A stretch of 64,000 nucleotides of DNA, taken from contig NW_026924640.1 of assembly GCF_032062105.1 (NCBI RefSeq), forward strand, positions 62,001-126,000, given 5' to 3'. Of the stretch, positions 39,038 to 52,456 are shown piece after piece; within the stretch, counting starts at the first letter, position 1, and every line of letters begins with the position of its first letter. The stretch is from Saccostrea cucullata (Eukaryota). The notes under the pieces were generated by a model. That model was not told where the DNA came from. It ran no database searches and saw only the letters and a program-made list of their open reading frames with translations. Position numbers and translations under genes: made by a program.

Positions 39038-42000
39038 ATGGCCGACGAAGCTCAAACGATACGTCGAAATGAATCTGTTCGTGCACTGTGTGGTGGTTCA
39101 GTGGTAGACAAATTTATTCGTCCAACATTAGCCGAGTTTTTAGGGACCGCATTTCTGGTATTCCTCTTGTGTTCTTGTGGTCCTATCTACCTTTTTCACG
39201 GCGAAATTTATGATCGCAGCATTACATTAAATGACAATTTATTTTCGGCACTAGTGTATGGATTTGGTTATGTATTCTTGATTTATGCATTCGGTGATAT
39301 CAGGTATGAATTTATATTTTGATTTATGACAGAAATGTTTTTCCAAGGTAACTATTTGACGGAAAAAATGTTTTTAAAAATATCGCTCTAACGAAATTAT
39401 TTATATTGAAAATAATAGCAAAATGATAAATGGGTAAATTTGAAAAAAAATATGACCACCCGCACGAAAAATACAGGCAATTGTAATGAATTTCTATGTC
39501 TCAGCATATGTCTTTAGATAGTGATTGTGTCTAAATACTAGTAGTACATGCCAAATTGAAATCTCAAATAACAAAAAATAAGGCTAAAAAAATCAGAAGT
39601 ACAACACTTTTTGTGATATTTAAAAAACCAATATTTTTTAGGTCTGTGAAATAAATAATATTAACGGTTTATGTTTAAAATAAAGACTTTTATACCGTTA
39701 TACCGTGTCAGGGGTGGAACAGAAAAAAAATAAGTATGGGGAATTTAAAAATCTGAAAGATGTTTAAGTTATAAGAGAGTTTTTTGCTCCAAAGTATGAG
39801 AAAATGGTTTTCATTTATCAATATATAAAATGACATAATATTATTATGATTCTTTGATTTTTAAGAAATTTTACCAAATAAATTTATCAATTACAGAGTT
39901 TGCATGTGCTGAGGATGATCTAGATTTACATGGTCAGGAAAGCAACGCATTTTTTATAGACTTAAGTTATATGATGAAAAGACATATTTATGTTGAGAAA
40001 TAATCTTTCGTTAATAATGTTCTATTTGAATAGCTTATTGACAGTTTTATTATTTAAATCCTTTGCCTGTTCAATTTTAACAATTCAGATGTGGTATTAG
40101 CTTTACTTAGATTTATTTATGAAACACAAAAAAGAAAGATATAAATAGGGAATAATTCAGGACATAAAGCCAAGTTTAAAAACTTTCATATGTTTCAAAA
40201 ATGAAGTATTGGGCTACAAATATTGCATAATTTCGTTACCACTTGATGTTGCTAACACTTTATGACATTTTGTGTTCTACGGTCTTATTTTTTTCAAATT
40301 TATTCTGTCAGGATAGCATCGAAACTGTTTTTATTGTAATTATCAACAATCTTCATCGATCTCTTCAAACAAGAAAAACAAATTTATAAAAGTTTGATAC
40401 TATCTGTTGTTCAAAACATTATATATTACCAATCAACATAATTAGAGGCATATTAAGGGTAGTGGAAAATTTTCACAAAAAATCAATCTGATGGTCATTA
40501 TTGTTGACTTCACCCATAATTCGCATTTCCATACTCAGTATGTTTTTTTCCCAAATGTTTATTAACGTACACATTTAGTAAATAAAAAAAACAAAAACAA
40601 CAACAACTGATGACTGTTTTGTAGCGGCGGATATTTTAACCCAGTCATAACATTCGCTCTGACTTTGAATGGTGCGCTACCAGTGCTTGTTGCAGTATGC
40701 TTTTTCATTGCTCAGATTGGGGGAGGTCTCTTGGGAGCAGCTTTGGCCCTTGTATGTATAATTATATATATTATTTATCAGGCACGCATCACAAAATTTG
40801 GGAGGGAGGGGCGGCCCACCTTTAGTGGCATATCATTAAACCTCTCATTAACTAATGTTTTTTAGCTCACCACGACGAAGTCAAAATGAGCTTATGTTTA
40901 ACCTTGAGTTGGTGTCGATGTCTGCATCGGCTTCTCGGTAAAAGTTTTTGGAGCAGGACTATAACCCCTTCCCGGATCAAACTTGCATAGATGATACATC
41001 TAGGGATGGCCATTAGCAGACTTGCTTCGGATGTTGGATCTGACCTATATTTTTCAGATGACCAGGTTAAAGTGTTTGGAGCAGGTCCTTATTCATGTAA
41101 CTTTAAGCCCTATCTGGACTACTGGCGGATTTAGAGGGAGTACAGTGGGCCTGTGACCCCTTTTGTGTCCAAACTATACATGAGATTCAATAAATCTGTT
41201 TTTTTCGGTGTGTCTGTGGGCCCAGATCAGACTCCAATTTGCCATCCCTTTCAAGATTCCTGGATCCCCTCCGTGGACCAAACTTATATTGAAAATGCAT
41301 TATTCCTGGATCCCCCTTGAAGACCAAACTTATGTATTGAAAATGCATCGAGGGATGGACACTTACAGACTCGCTTATATTTTCCAGATGAGTAACCAGC
41401 TCAAAGTTTTTTATGTTGGTTAATTCCCAACTATTTATAACTAAAAGCGCTACTGGACCAAACTTGCATGTAGGATGTATCTAGGGATGGACAGTAAAGG
41501 CCGGTATACACGATAAGATTTGTAGTATAATACAAGTATTATAATACTTTCTTGTACTCACGCTAATACAAATCTTATAAGATTGTAGATAAACTACGTA
41601 TTCCCACGTGTTTTCCCCCGCCATATTTCTCTCTCTGTCAGAATAATAAAAATGGAAGATGGGGTTCTGATGGCAAAGTCTATCATCGTACTATGCACAG
41701 CCTTATATATGACACAAGTCGTCCTCTTCCCTTTGCTTTTAAACCACGAGTTTTTCGATGTCTTTACCAGTAAAGTTGGCCATAATTATTACTTACCATG
41801 TGCTTTTTTAGTAATGATATAAATAAGATGACCCCCAGTGGGAGTACATTTCATTGGTTGAAAGTGAAAGGTAAGTTAAGACTTATATTAAGAAATAGAG
41901 CATTGCCCTAGTATTCTTAATACAGTTTTAAAAGATTCGAAAAATCGTACGATACACTGTATTAAGAGTGTATACACAGTAAGATTTTGTATTATAATAC

Positions 42001-45000
42001 AAATCTTATAATACAAATCTTATCGTGTATACCGGCCTTTACAGGTTTGCTTTGGATGTTTGATCTGAATAATATTTTTCAAATGAGTGACTAGGTAAAA
42101 GTTTAAGGAGCAGTTTCATTCCCACGAACATATAGGGCCTACCTAGACCACACTTCCCCGGATGATGCATCTAGAGATTGACACTTGTAAACAGACTTGC
42201 TTCCAAACCTGAAATTGATCTAATTTATTTTTCAGGATACCAGTATAATTAAGAGGTAATTAGAGCCCTACTTTAAGGTCAAGATCTAGTAATTGTAAGA
42301 TACCTACAGATTCATTAAAAATTGAGAGATAAATTTCTTTAATGGTGTTTTACAACTCAAGCTTGGTCAAATAAGGTGTTTTGGAGTATAATTTGTAGAA
42401 AAACAAGATGAAAAACCATATTTTAAACTGTCATTTTCAATGAAACATTAAGAAAACAAGTCATGAATATGGAATTGTTTTATGTTCGACAAAGGAAATG
42501 TATCCCGATTGCCCACAGGATCTCAGAAAACGGTAATTTGTATGTTCATAATGGCTCTAGCACTAAAACATTAGTCTTAAGTCATTTGCTAGATCTTGAC
42601 CTTAACCAAATTAGTTTGGATGTCGTATCTACTGATTGAGACTTCCATACAAGCTTTGTTTTACTGAATCTAAAATAAATTTTTACAAACGATTGACCAT
42701 GATAAGGGTTTTAAGTAGCTATAAATATTATTGCTTGTTATCATTAAACTTGCATGGATAATGACGTTTAGGATGGAAACGTCCAGCCTTGTTTCATATG
42801 TTTGAACTAACAAACATCTTTCTTGATAAGTAAATAAGTTTAAGTTTTTAAGCAGGTCCATTCTCAAGTAAATATAAGAAATAATTAAACCAAACGTGCA
42901 TAGATCTCGGGATGCAATCATGCGCTCACTTATTAAGAAAAGGATTTTGATATTTATCTTACGTATATACAACATTCGTCGAGGTGAGCTTCATACATCA
43001 TGTAATCTTTGATTACCGTTATTTGTTTTAATTGTCACCCCTTTCTCTCCCCTCGGACTAAGAAAACGGCGATGCGTGCCTGTAGTTGTTGACATTTTAA
43101 TCATTAGTTAAAAGCAATGTAAAGTTAAGTAATTTTTTTAACTTCATTTTTCCTTTAGGCTGCTGTTCCGACGAATAAATACACACAATTCATCGGTGGA
43201 GCAACAATGCTTATAAATGAGACAGAACCTGGCTGGGCAGTTCTGATAGAGGGCATCCTTACGTTTATAGTAACTTTGACTGTTTGTATCACAGCGCTGG
43301 ATAAAACGAAGAAAAAAATGTCACCATTAGCTGTTGGATTCTCGGTCATTGCTTGTGCTATGTCTGGGTAAGACTTAAAGACCAATGGTATGCTGGTAAT
43401 AAATGATTTACATATGACAGGTATACATATTGATGAAGAAGATAAGCGAAGAAGACGAGCGTTATAAACAAACATAAAAGTGAAAAAAAATCAATCTTAA
43501 TTATATGAAATTTTCCTTTGATATTTCATCTGATATTAAAGTATACATAATGTAAAATTTGTACAATTGAATACTAGGTAGTCCGAAATAGTTGTCACTT
43601 TCCAGCCTTTTTAACGATTTTAATATTTTGGAACTGGGAATTCTTCGACTCTGACCAGAGGCTGTATTCTTTTATTGATTTTCTATACTTGCGAACCGAA
43701 TTGAATGTTAAACGCACAACTCAATGATAAAATACTCATCAACATGACCTTATGGGTCGTCATTTGGTTATTTAAAAATTGTGAGTTCACCATTGAAGTC
43801 AGTTCGCAAGTGTCAAAAATCAACCCCGGTTGGAGACAGCCGATTTCCTGTCCTTGACATTGCGCCGGTTTCTGGCATTTTCCTGGCACAAATCGCAAAA
43901 AAGCCTGGAAAATTCAGATATTTCGGACTATAAATTGTGCAAACATGTAACATATATACTCAGAAATATAGGCATTCTGTGCGTCATATTTACCCACCGT
44001 CTTATACATATCAAAATGTTCGAGGGAATCTATGAACTTATCATTTTCCAGAAAACGAAACATGTGACCTGTTACCAGCTCAGCGCTAATGGAGGGGCAT
44101 TCTCTCAAGCTAAAGCCCCTGATTCGTTGTAAACATTTTTACCCCACCTCTGTTGATTTTTCCGTGAAATCCTGGCTTACGATTGGTTAAAGTCTGTCAC
44201 GTGAAAGCAGTGGATTACTTATACACGGTCAGTTGCAAATCTATACCCGGTCAGTTGTAAATCTATACACGGTCGATGTATTACGTAACAAACATAACGT
44301 GACGTCATAATAGGCACAGTATAAGCGTGATGAAGCAGTTCGCAGAGAAAATCATTTATAAACCACAGATAAAACGTAAATGTTTCATCGGTGGGGTAAA
44401 TTCGTTACATAGTCTTTTAGTGACAGGGTATGGGATGATACCTGGTTAGTAAATTTCATACCTGACTCGGCTCCGCCTCGTCAGGTATGAAATTTACTAA
44501 CCAGGTATCATCCCATACCCTGTCACTAAAAGACTATGTAACTAATAATACCTGAAATAATAATGATATTATTACGATACTAAAACAAATGTCCTCTAAC
44601 ATTTTATTTTTTAACATGATTTTCAAACAATGCGTGACTTTTCTGGCCTGGTCTTGTCCTAGACATTCACAGTGAGAACTTGAAGACATTAAGAAACAAA
44701 TCAAAGTTTCCTATGGGAGCAGTATTTTATTAATATTTGGATTATAGTGTATAGCAGGAGTTTTCCTAAAATAAACTGAACTCAAGATGACGTGGTTTGA
44801 AAGTTAATTTACAAATTTACAACAGGGCGCAATATACTGGTGGATCTATGAATCCGGCAAGAAGTTTAGGACCGGCTGCATCCTACTCCAAATATCTGGA
44901 ATTTAATGTGTGGGAACATCACTATGTATACTGGGCGGGGCCAACCGCGGGGGCATTGGTAGCAGCTATTATTTACAGGTTGGAGATTATTTGCATTGCA

Positions 45001-45404
45001 AATACATGTACACGTAATATATTAAAAAATAATTACGTATGGTATATTGAACATTAACGTTAAGACAGATAGTGTAATTCGAGTCTATAAAATATAATTT
45101 AACTGTATTAAATTTTTTTAATAAAAAATCAAAATCAATTTAAATTTTCAAGATCATTATAGATGAGACAAAGTGATAAATTTCTAATTATGGTTCTTCA
45201 TTTTACATTTAAGGGAAACTTTACAAACTCTAAAATGATTTTAGAAAATTGATAAAATATAAATGAGTATGACTAAATCGAATATATAATATTTCATTTT
45301 TTAAATTCAGATTTTTGTTTGCAAAGAGAAGGACACCAGATTATACGACCTTTACGAATTTCGAGGGACACTCGGCACACAGCAATGACATTCCCATACA
45401 ATGA
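39038..45404 (+). CDS. AQP8: Aquaporin-8-like copy 3, 5 exons, 282 aa
   Basis: Exons 39038-39303, 40625-40751, 43159-43367, 44826-44978 and 45311-45404; total 849 nt, open; NPV and NPAR motifs. Confidence 0.92.
40860..42990 (+). mobile_element. Helentron/HINE-like element (homologue of 32370-33280) with nested insertions
   Basis: Same ends and same intronic position as in copy 2. Confidence 0.6.
41498..42038. mobile_element. PIF/Harbinger-type MITE
   Basis: AGGCCGGTATACACGATAAGATTTGTA ... TACAAATCTTATCGTGTATACCGGCCT, flanked by TAA / TTA. Confidence 0.8.
44120..44545. mobile_element. Insertion ending in a perfect 63-bp-arm hairpin (Crypton-like non-autonomous element)
   Basis: Arms 44404-44466 and 44480-44542 around the loop TCGGCTCCGCCTC; the segment is absent from the paralogous intron at about 34745. 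Confidence 0.6.
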
Positions 45405-45490
45405 AGTTAAAATTCAAAGAATCAACCCTGATTTTAGAAAGTCAAATAAAAACATATGATTTATATGTATGAATTTCCGTAAACATATAA

Positions 45491-46071
45491 AAGAAGAAGG
45501 TATGGTTTCAATACAAATTTTGCCCTGTGATTTTCAAAAATGAAACTGGTATAAAAGTTGAAAACTCATGCTTTTTAAATAATTGAAATTCAATGCAGAA
45601 AAATCATGCAAGTCATTTTTCTCACATGTGTTTTTAAATGCTAATTATGACGTCATAAACAAATGCATTTTCCCGTATTTTCTTAAAAAGTTGCAGATGA
45701 CACCAATTTTCAATGGAATTTTCTTTCAGATAACATTGTCCACAGGCATCGCCCACAAAGATCTTGAGATATGTGATTTGTTATTGAATTTTGCACAAAA
45801 TATCAAAAAATTAACGTGGGCAACAGCTGTGGACACTGTTTTCTAAAGGAAAATTACCCTTGAAATGTGCCATTTTGAGGCTTTTTCCATTGAAAATAGA
45901 GAAATGCTTCACATTAATGACGTCATATATGCAGAATGGTAAACCTTCATGCCATATTCTTTCCTGATTTATCATAGTCATTCATTTAACTAACATTTAA
46001 GCCGGTTTCAATACTTTTTGATGTCATTTCATTTTTAGGGCGCAATAAAGCTTAAACCATACCTTCTTCTT
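45491..46071. mobile_element. TIR element downstream of copy 3
   Basis: AAGAAGAAGGTATGGTTT ... AAACCATACCTTCTTCTT; absent downstream of copies 1 and 2. Confidence 0.6.
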
Positions 46072-46873
46072 TCCGTATACATGTATTTTTTTATACTCTG
46101 TAATGGAATATTTAGAGACTTAAAGTTTTTGCTTTGTCCATCCGTTTATATGTCTGTTTTTCAGCAAAATTTTAATCTTGCCATAATTTTATATATATAT
46201 TTTATAGGTATTTTTCGTGACAAGAAATTTCTTCGGGTACCAACATACTGGACCTCTTGACCTTTTGAGTTTGATTCAATTTTTTGCAAAATTTTCAAAA
46301 CTTATTTTTGATCATATCTTTTAAAAAGTTAATGAGAAGACATTCATACTACATTGTCTGTAACAAGACCATGGATTTTCACAATTTTGAAAGGAACCTT
46401 TGTATAATATATGTATATTAAGCCTTCTCGAGAGAAATATGACTCATTAGTAATTTTATGCGTTCAAATATTACAAAAAGGCCTAACAGTTAACTGTTAT
46501 AACACGTCTTTTTATTTGCCATTTATGTATTATGCTCACTAGATAGATCTCATTTTGTTATACCTAATCATACTTTATAGATACGTGTATATATTTATTT
46601 ACTATTCTATATTCTGGTTTGTTACGTGGCGCAAAGAATATTATCCTGAAATAAATATTCCATATTTCATATTTTGTTGTGTTAACACAGTAAAATTACA
46701 CACAATTTGTGCATTTAGTTTTTACTAAACAATGTTATTATAATTTTGTGGAATGACATGGAAAGTTGAAACTGCTCAAATATATACCTTTAAGTCATCG
46801 TTAAAGTAGGATTCTTCTATGGTTTCTGACTATAGATAAAATATTCAAAATATATTTGCTTATATGTCTTATA

Positions 46874-47848
46874 CAGCTCAACACACTTTTTAAACTCACA
46901 TGGTTTTTCGCACAATATAAGGTCACATTTGCAATAAAAATTAAAATCATCGAGATTCAGTACGAGACATAACCCCTATATTATTGAATATTTATGTAAA
47001 ATGCTCATTTTCTCTTAAATCATTATCTTAAGTTTTAAAACTCCTTTTTTGAAAAGGTATTTTTTTCATAAATTATATGATGTTACATGAGTATGATTCT
47101 ACCATAGGTAATTACATATTAATTAATCAATCATTCGTTGAAACTATTTAGTTGAAATGCTCAAATTGCCTTCTTGCAGATGAGCATTTTTCTAATTACT
47201 TTGCACATTTTCCATACTTGTCTTGGTTTTGCCGAAATGCAGCACCGAAAAATGATAAAACTGCATAAAGAAATCATGTCAAAGGATAGGATAAAATAAT
47301 GTTTGTCTTTTAACATAGTAAATTTTTAGTATTGAAAAGAAAATTCTTTTACATTTACGGTCTAAAACCTTGAATTTCTGCTTTGGAATGTATCTTTCAT
47401 GATGCTAGATTTCAGAAGGTTAACGTGCAAAAATATCATCTTTTTAACATGTAAAGCAGTCGAACAGACGAGAAGTACTTCTATCATCTTGGGACTTAGT
47501 GTCATATTCGTGTACAGAAAATACAGAAGTTATATGAATTGCCATGTTTCTGTATTAAGCAAAGACAATGGTATGCTTTAAAATGAACAGATACAAAAAA
47601 TTGGCAGCATTTGACGAGAAACCATAAAAACATTTGGGAACTGTCATATTCTATCAACCAAGAGCATATTATAAAATTCCTACCAAACATTTTGTTTGAA
47701 CCGTGTTTAAAATAATGGATTAAGATCAAAATTAAGTTATAGATTACCTAAGAAATATATTTTACTGTCGCGTTACAAATTTGCATTATAACAATGTGAC
47801 ATTAATTGGTGCGAAAAGCCATGTGAGTTTAAAACGTGCGTTGAGCTG
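46874..47848. mobile_element. Tc1/mariner-type non-autonomous element
   Basis: TA|CAGCTCAACACAC..TTTAAACTCACATGG ... CCATGTGAGTTTAAAACGTGCGTTGAGCTG|TA. Confidence 0.7.
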
Positions 47849-48195
47849 TATATCTATGTGAAAGAGATTTAAGGTCAGATGATACAAACAATTTTTTTCA
47901 TTGGAAGATATTTAATATCATGTCACGAGTTAAGAAAAGTGGATAAGAGAAGGATATGGAAATAACGAACAGTATTCAATATCAATTCTTAGAATTTTTT
48001 ATCTTAAGAACTGGAAAATTAAATAGACTTGGAAAATATTAGTAATACATGTATATCAATAAAAAAAACAAATATAGACACATCACACTGGTAAAGGTTT
48101 ACAGGTGAAAACAAATTTCAGAATATGTTACATTGATGCTAAAAGTTTAATATAAACTTAGGAAAATTATACCAAGCCGGGTGAATTTTTTTAGG

Positions 48196-48198
<3 letters not shown>

Positions 48199-48282
<84 letters not shown>
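48199..48282. repeat. (TA)n microsatellite
   Basis: Direct. Confidence 0.98.
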
Positions 48283-48284
<2 letters not shown>

Positions 48285-49120
48285 AAAATGAAAAGAATTG
48301 GCACAGTGTCCGGTAAATAATGTTAGAAAAAAATGACAAGGCAACAATGTTAGTAAAACGTTAATGTGAGGATTTCTTTCCTATGTAAGTTGTCCCATTT
48401 TTTCTGACTAAGTTTCCATAAGGATTGAAAGACTTCCTGGGTCCCTGTCCAGGATGTCTGTTTCTTAATGCTTGTTTTTCTGTTGAATATCCTCCCTGAG
48501 GTTGTTGGAATTTGTTCTTGTTATACATCATTGTCGAATGATTATCATTTCCCCGATGCAGCATCTTCCCTGTTTTTCTCCCATTCTTTGAAGCAGGGAT
48601 TTGAAACGAATTTCTGTTAATTTGCTGAGATGTTTCCTTGTAACTAGATGTATTTTTTGGTCTACTGGCTGCTTCAGCATAGCTCAGTTCCTGTTGTCTT
48701 GAGTTTACAACAAAAAAGAAGAGGGAGAAAACAGTTCCAGCAACTAACTCAAGCCAACAGGAATTGAGCTATGCTGAAGCAGCCAGTAGACCAAAAAATA
48801 CATCTAGTTACAAGGAAACATCTCAGCAAATTAACAGAAATTCGTTTCAAATCCCTGCTTCAAAGAATGGGAGAAAAACAGGGAAGATGCTGCATCGGGG
48901 AAATGATAATCATTCGACAATGATGTATAACAAGAACAAATTCCAACAACCTCAGGGAGGATATTCAACAGAAAAACAAGCATTAAGAAACAGACATCCT
49001 GGACAGGGACCCAGGAAGTCTTTCAATCCTTATGGAAACTTAGTCAGAAAAAATGGGACAACTTACATAGGAAAGAAATCCTCACATTAACGTTTTACTA
49101 ACATTGTTGCCTTGTCATTT

Positions 49121-49128
<8 letters not shown>
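48283..49128. mobile_element. Palindromic RT-less insertion between (TA)n tracts (putative PLE-mobilised non-autonomous element)
   Basis: Inverted arms 48323-48705 and 48746-49128, nearly identical, each with the same ORF 3' end (SYAEAA...KKSSH*); a 40-nt tail on the left arm only. Confidence 0.7.

Positions 49129-49209
<81 letters not shown>
49128..49209. repeat. (TA)n microsatellite
   Basis: Direct. Confidence 0.98.
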
Positions 49210-49213
<4 letters not shown>

Positions 49214-49287
49214 AGTCCATGAATTCACAGTGGTCGGTATAGTAGTAAAGTAAAAAATAATTAAAAAGAAAACACGAAGACAACAAA

Positions 49288-49331
49288 GTAAAGCATTAGC
49301 GCTTTCATTTAAAAATCTTCAGATGCTTTAC
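49288..49331 (-). ncRNA. Minimal type I hammerhead ribozyme motif (family A, inverted arm)
   Basis: Reverse complement of 51913-51956. Confidence 0.7.
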
Positions 49332-49858
49332 AATAAAGTTTTTTAATTGTCACATAGTAACGCCTTCTATGACGTCATAATTAGCGGAACGTAATACAGT
49401 CTCTATGACGTAATTCTCCCAGCAGTTATTACGGGAAAGTCAAACAATGCTATTTAGCTTTGGTTTTAAAGTAGTAATAAAGTGTTTTTTTTTTCTCTTC
49501 GTTGAATTTGGTTTCCAGACATCTTATAGAACGGGAAAACGGTAAATTGTCTCTTCCCGCATATATCTAAATGTTCACTAAGTTTAATTTGTCTGTATTG
49601 CGGGTTATTAATATGTTGTTTGTGGACTCTTACCCGAGCTCTTAGTGTAGTGCTAGTTTCTCCAATATAAAATTCGTTATAACCCGGGCATGATATGACA
49701 TAGATTAGGTTCTTAGTTTCACAGGACATGTCAGCATTTACTGTGAAATTTCGGCCCCGGAAGTCGTAGCTGGTTCCCTCCAAAATATAGTCGCAGGTAC
49801 CGCATCTCGGGTCATTGCATTTTGTTACTGAACAATTCTTTTCCTTGAAACTGGATGT

Positions 49859-51805
49859 ACCTGTGAATTTTCAGCACATAAAGGCAAATCTTTCTAAAGA
49901 GGAAGAAAAAGCACTGAGAAATCTTTCAACGGATCCAAATATTGTGATCAAAGAGGCCGACAAAGGGGGCCCAGTTGTTATAATGAACAACCATTTTTAC
50001 AAGAGTAAAATTATGGACATGTTGCAGGATAACAACTTTTACAAACAAATTCATGGAAATGATGATAGAAAAACCATGAAGAAAATAAAAAGTCTAATTC
50101 ATGGACCCCTATGCCCAGACGTAACAGAAAAAGAGAAGGACTATCTAATTAATTTCGACTTCCGGGAAAGCCAATTTTATGGACTTCCTAAAGTGCATAA
50201 ATCCGCTATGATAAAGGAAGCTATCAAAAATCAAAACAAGGAATACATCATCTGTCCAGATCCAGTAGACCTGAGTTTTAGACCGATAGTTGGAGGACCT
50301 AATGCACCTACACAGAGACTCAGTCAATTACTGGATATTCTCTTGAAACCTCTCTGCAAAAAGGTAACTAGCTATGTTAGAGATGATCTCGACTTTCTAA
50401 ACCACCTCCCCAGTAATGTCAACAAAATGCAAAACTGGTTACCTTTGATGTTGTGAGCTTATACACAAATATACCGACAGATTTAGGAATACAGGCTGTA
50501 AAGTTTTGGATGGAAAAATATCCGGATATGATCAACAGCAGATTTCAACATGATTTTATTTTGGAAGGATTGAAATTAGTACTTAATAACAATACTTTTG
50601 CATTTGCCGAAAACCATTACATCCAAACCAAAGGCACGGCAATGCGTACCAAGGTAGCGCCAACATATGCAACCCTAACTTTAGGCTACCTTGAAACGTT
50701 ACTTAAAAGTGAACTTATTAAAGTATGGGGAGAAGAATTTGCTGATTTGATAGAAACAAACTGGAAAAGATTTCTGGACGATTGCTTCATTATTTGGCAC
50801 GGCGACATGGAGAAATTAACGCAATTTCACAAAATACTAAACGGGTTAAACTCCAATATTCAATTCACTTTAGAGATGAATGATGAAAAATTACCATTTC
50901 TTGATGTGTTAGTGGAGAAAAAGAACACAAGGATAACTACGGATATATACTACAAAGCCACCGATACACATCAGTATTTACACTTCGGCTCATGTCATCC
51001 AAACCATACTAAGAGAGCGATACCATATAATCTGGCAAGAAGAGTTTGCACCATAGTAAGTGAGGAAAGCACAAGGGATTTACGACTAGAGGAATTAAAA
51101 TCTTTTCTTGTGAAACGTAAATACCCTAGACGACTAGTGGATGATGGTATAAAAAAGGCTAGGTCTTATGAAAGAACACAACTACTTACGACACGTGACA
51201 ATCAGAAGGAAAAACAAATTATACCTTTTGTTCATACCCACAATCCACGAAACCAAAACCTAACACCAGTGGTAAAACAATTAAACCTGATACTAAAGGA
51301 GGATGAGAACACAAACGCAATTTACCGAAATGTTCAATTTATAAATAGCAAACGCCAGGCTAAAAATTTAAAAAGAATTCTGTGCACATCCAGTTTCAAG
51401 GAAAAGAATTGTTCAGTAACAAAATGCAATGACCCGAGATGCGGGAGCTGCGACTATATTTTGGAGGGAACCAGCTACGACTTCCGGGGCCGAAATTTCA
51501 CAGTAAATGCTGACATGTCCTGTGAAACTAAGAACCTAATCTATGTCATAACATGCCCGGGTTGTAACGAATTTTATATTGGAGAAACTAGCACTACACT
51601 GAGAGCTCGGGTAAGAGTCCACAAACAACATATTAATAACACGCAATACAGACAAATTAAACTTAGTGAACATTTAGATATATGCGGGAAGAGACAATTT
51701 ACCGTTTTCCCGTTCTATAAGATGTCTGGAAACCAATTCAACGAAGAGAAAAAGAAAAACACTTTATTACTACTTTAAAACCAAAGCTAAATAGCATTGT
51801 TTGAC
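49859..51805 (+). pseudogene. Penelope-like RT + GIY-YIG endonuclease, frameshifted
   Basis: ADKGG, FYGLPKVHK, RPIV, FDVVSLYTNIP, GTAM(R)T, RFLDDCF, LPFLDV, CNDPRCGSC linker, LIYVITCPGC..YIGET..R...H...H. Frameshifts near 50425 and 51735. Confidence 0.9.
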
Positions 51806-51912
51806 TTTCCCGTAATAACTGCTGGGAGAATTACGTCATAGAGACTGTATTACGTTCCGCTAATTATGACGTCATAGAAGGCGTTACTATGTGACAGTTA
51901 AAAAACTTTATT

Positions 51913-51956
51913 GTAAAGCATCTGAAGATTTTTAAATGAAAGCGCTAATGCTTTAC
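51913..51956 (+). ncRNA. Minimal type I hammerhead ribozyme motif (family A)
   Basis: GTAAAGCAT-CTGAAGA-TTTTTAAAT-GAAA-GCGC-TA-ATGCTTTAC: 9-bp stem I, core boxes, weak stem II, palindromic stem III. Confidence 0.7.
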
Positions 51957-52327
51957 TTCTTAAACTAACATAACTGCCCTAAGTGAAGAAATATTAATAT
52001 ATAAAGCACAAAGAAACTGCCCTAAGTGAAGAAATATTAATATAGAAAATATTAATATAGAAAATATTAGTTTAAACAGAGGATTGTTACCATTTGTTAC
52101 CTTTCTTTATTAATATTTCTTCACTTAGGGCAGTTATGTTAGTTTAAGAGTTGTTGTAAATTGTGCTTTATAAATAATAATTAATTTCATTACAACATGT
52201 ATTGGTAACAATCCTCTGTTAAAACTAATGTCCAAATAACTGTATCTCACTTCTATTCTCAATGACCGTGTAGTGTAAGGCAGCGCCGCGAGAATTCCAT
52301 CGGCATCGAAAGCAAGTTTTTAAACTT

Positions 52328-52415
52328 GCCTAGATAGCCGAGCGGTCAAGCGCGCTGTTCCTGCACTGCTAGGAGACAGTTTCCGAAGGTCGAGAGTTCA
52401 ACCCCGGGCTATGGC
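52328..52415 (+). other. tRNA-derived (SINE-like) sequence
   Basis: A-box-like TAGCCGAGCGGTC and B-box-like GAGTTCAACCC; GCC...GGC acceptor-like ends; no clean anticodon arm. Confidence 0.55.
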
Positions 52416-52456
52416 GGAAGTGGTGGGTATCCATGTGAAAGTGAATTTCTTTGTGC

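Larger units (their letters stand above)
49210..51958 (+). mobile_element. Penelope-like retroelement, family A: 5'-truncated copy preceded by an inverted 3' end
   Basis: The minus arm 49286-49858 is the reverse complement of 51386-51958; the plus copy starts at about 49859. Confidence 0.92.

Noticed and set aside
49815-49858. N-terminus of ORF 49815-50456
   Set aside because: Chimeric read-through from the inverted arm across the inversion junction.
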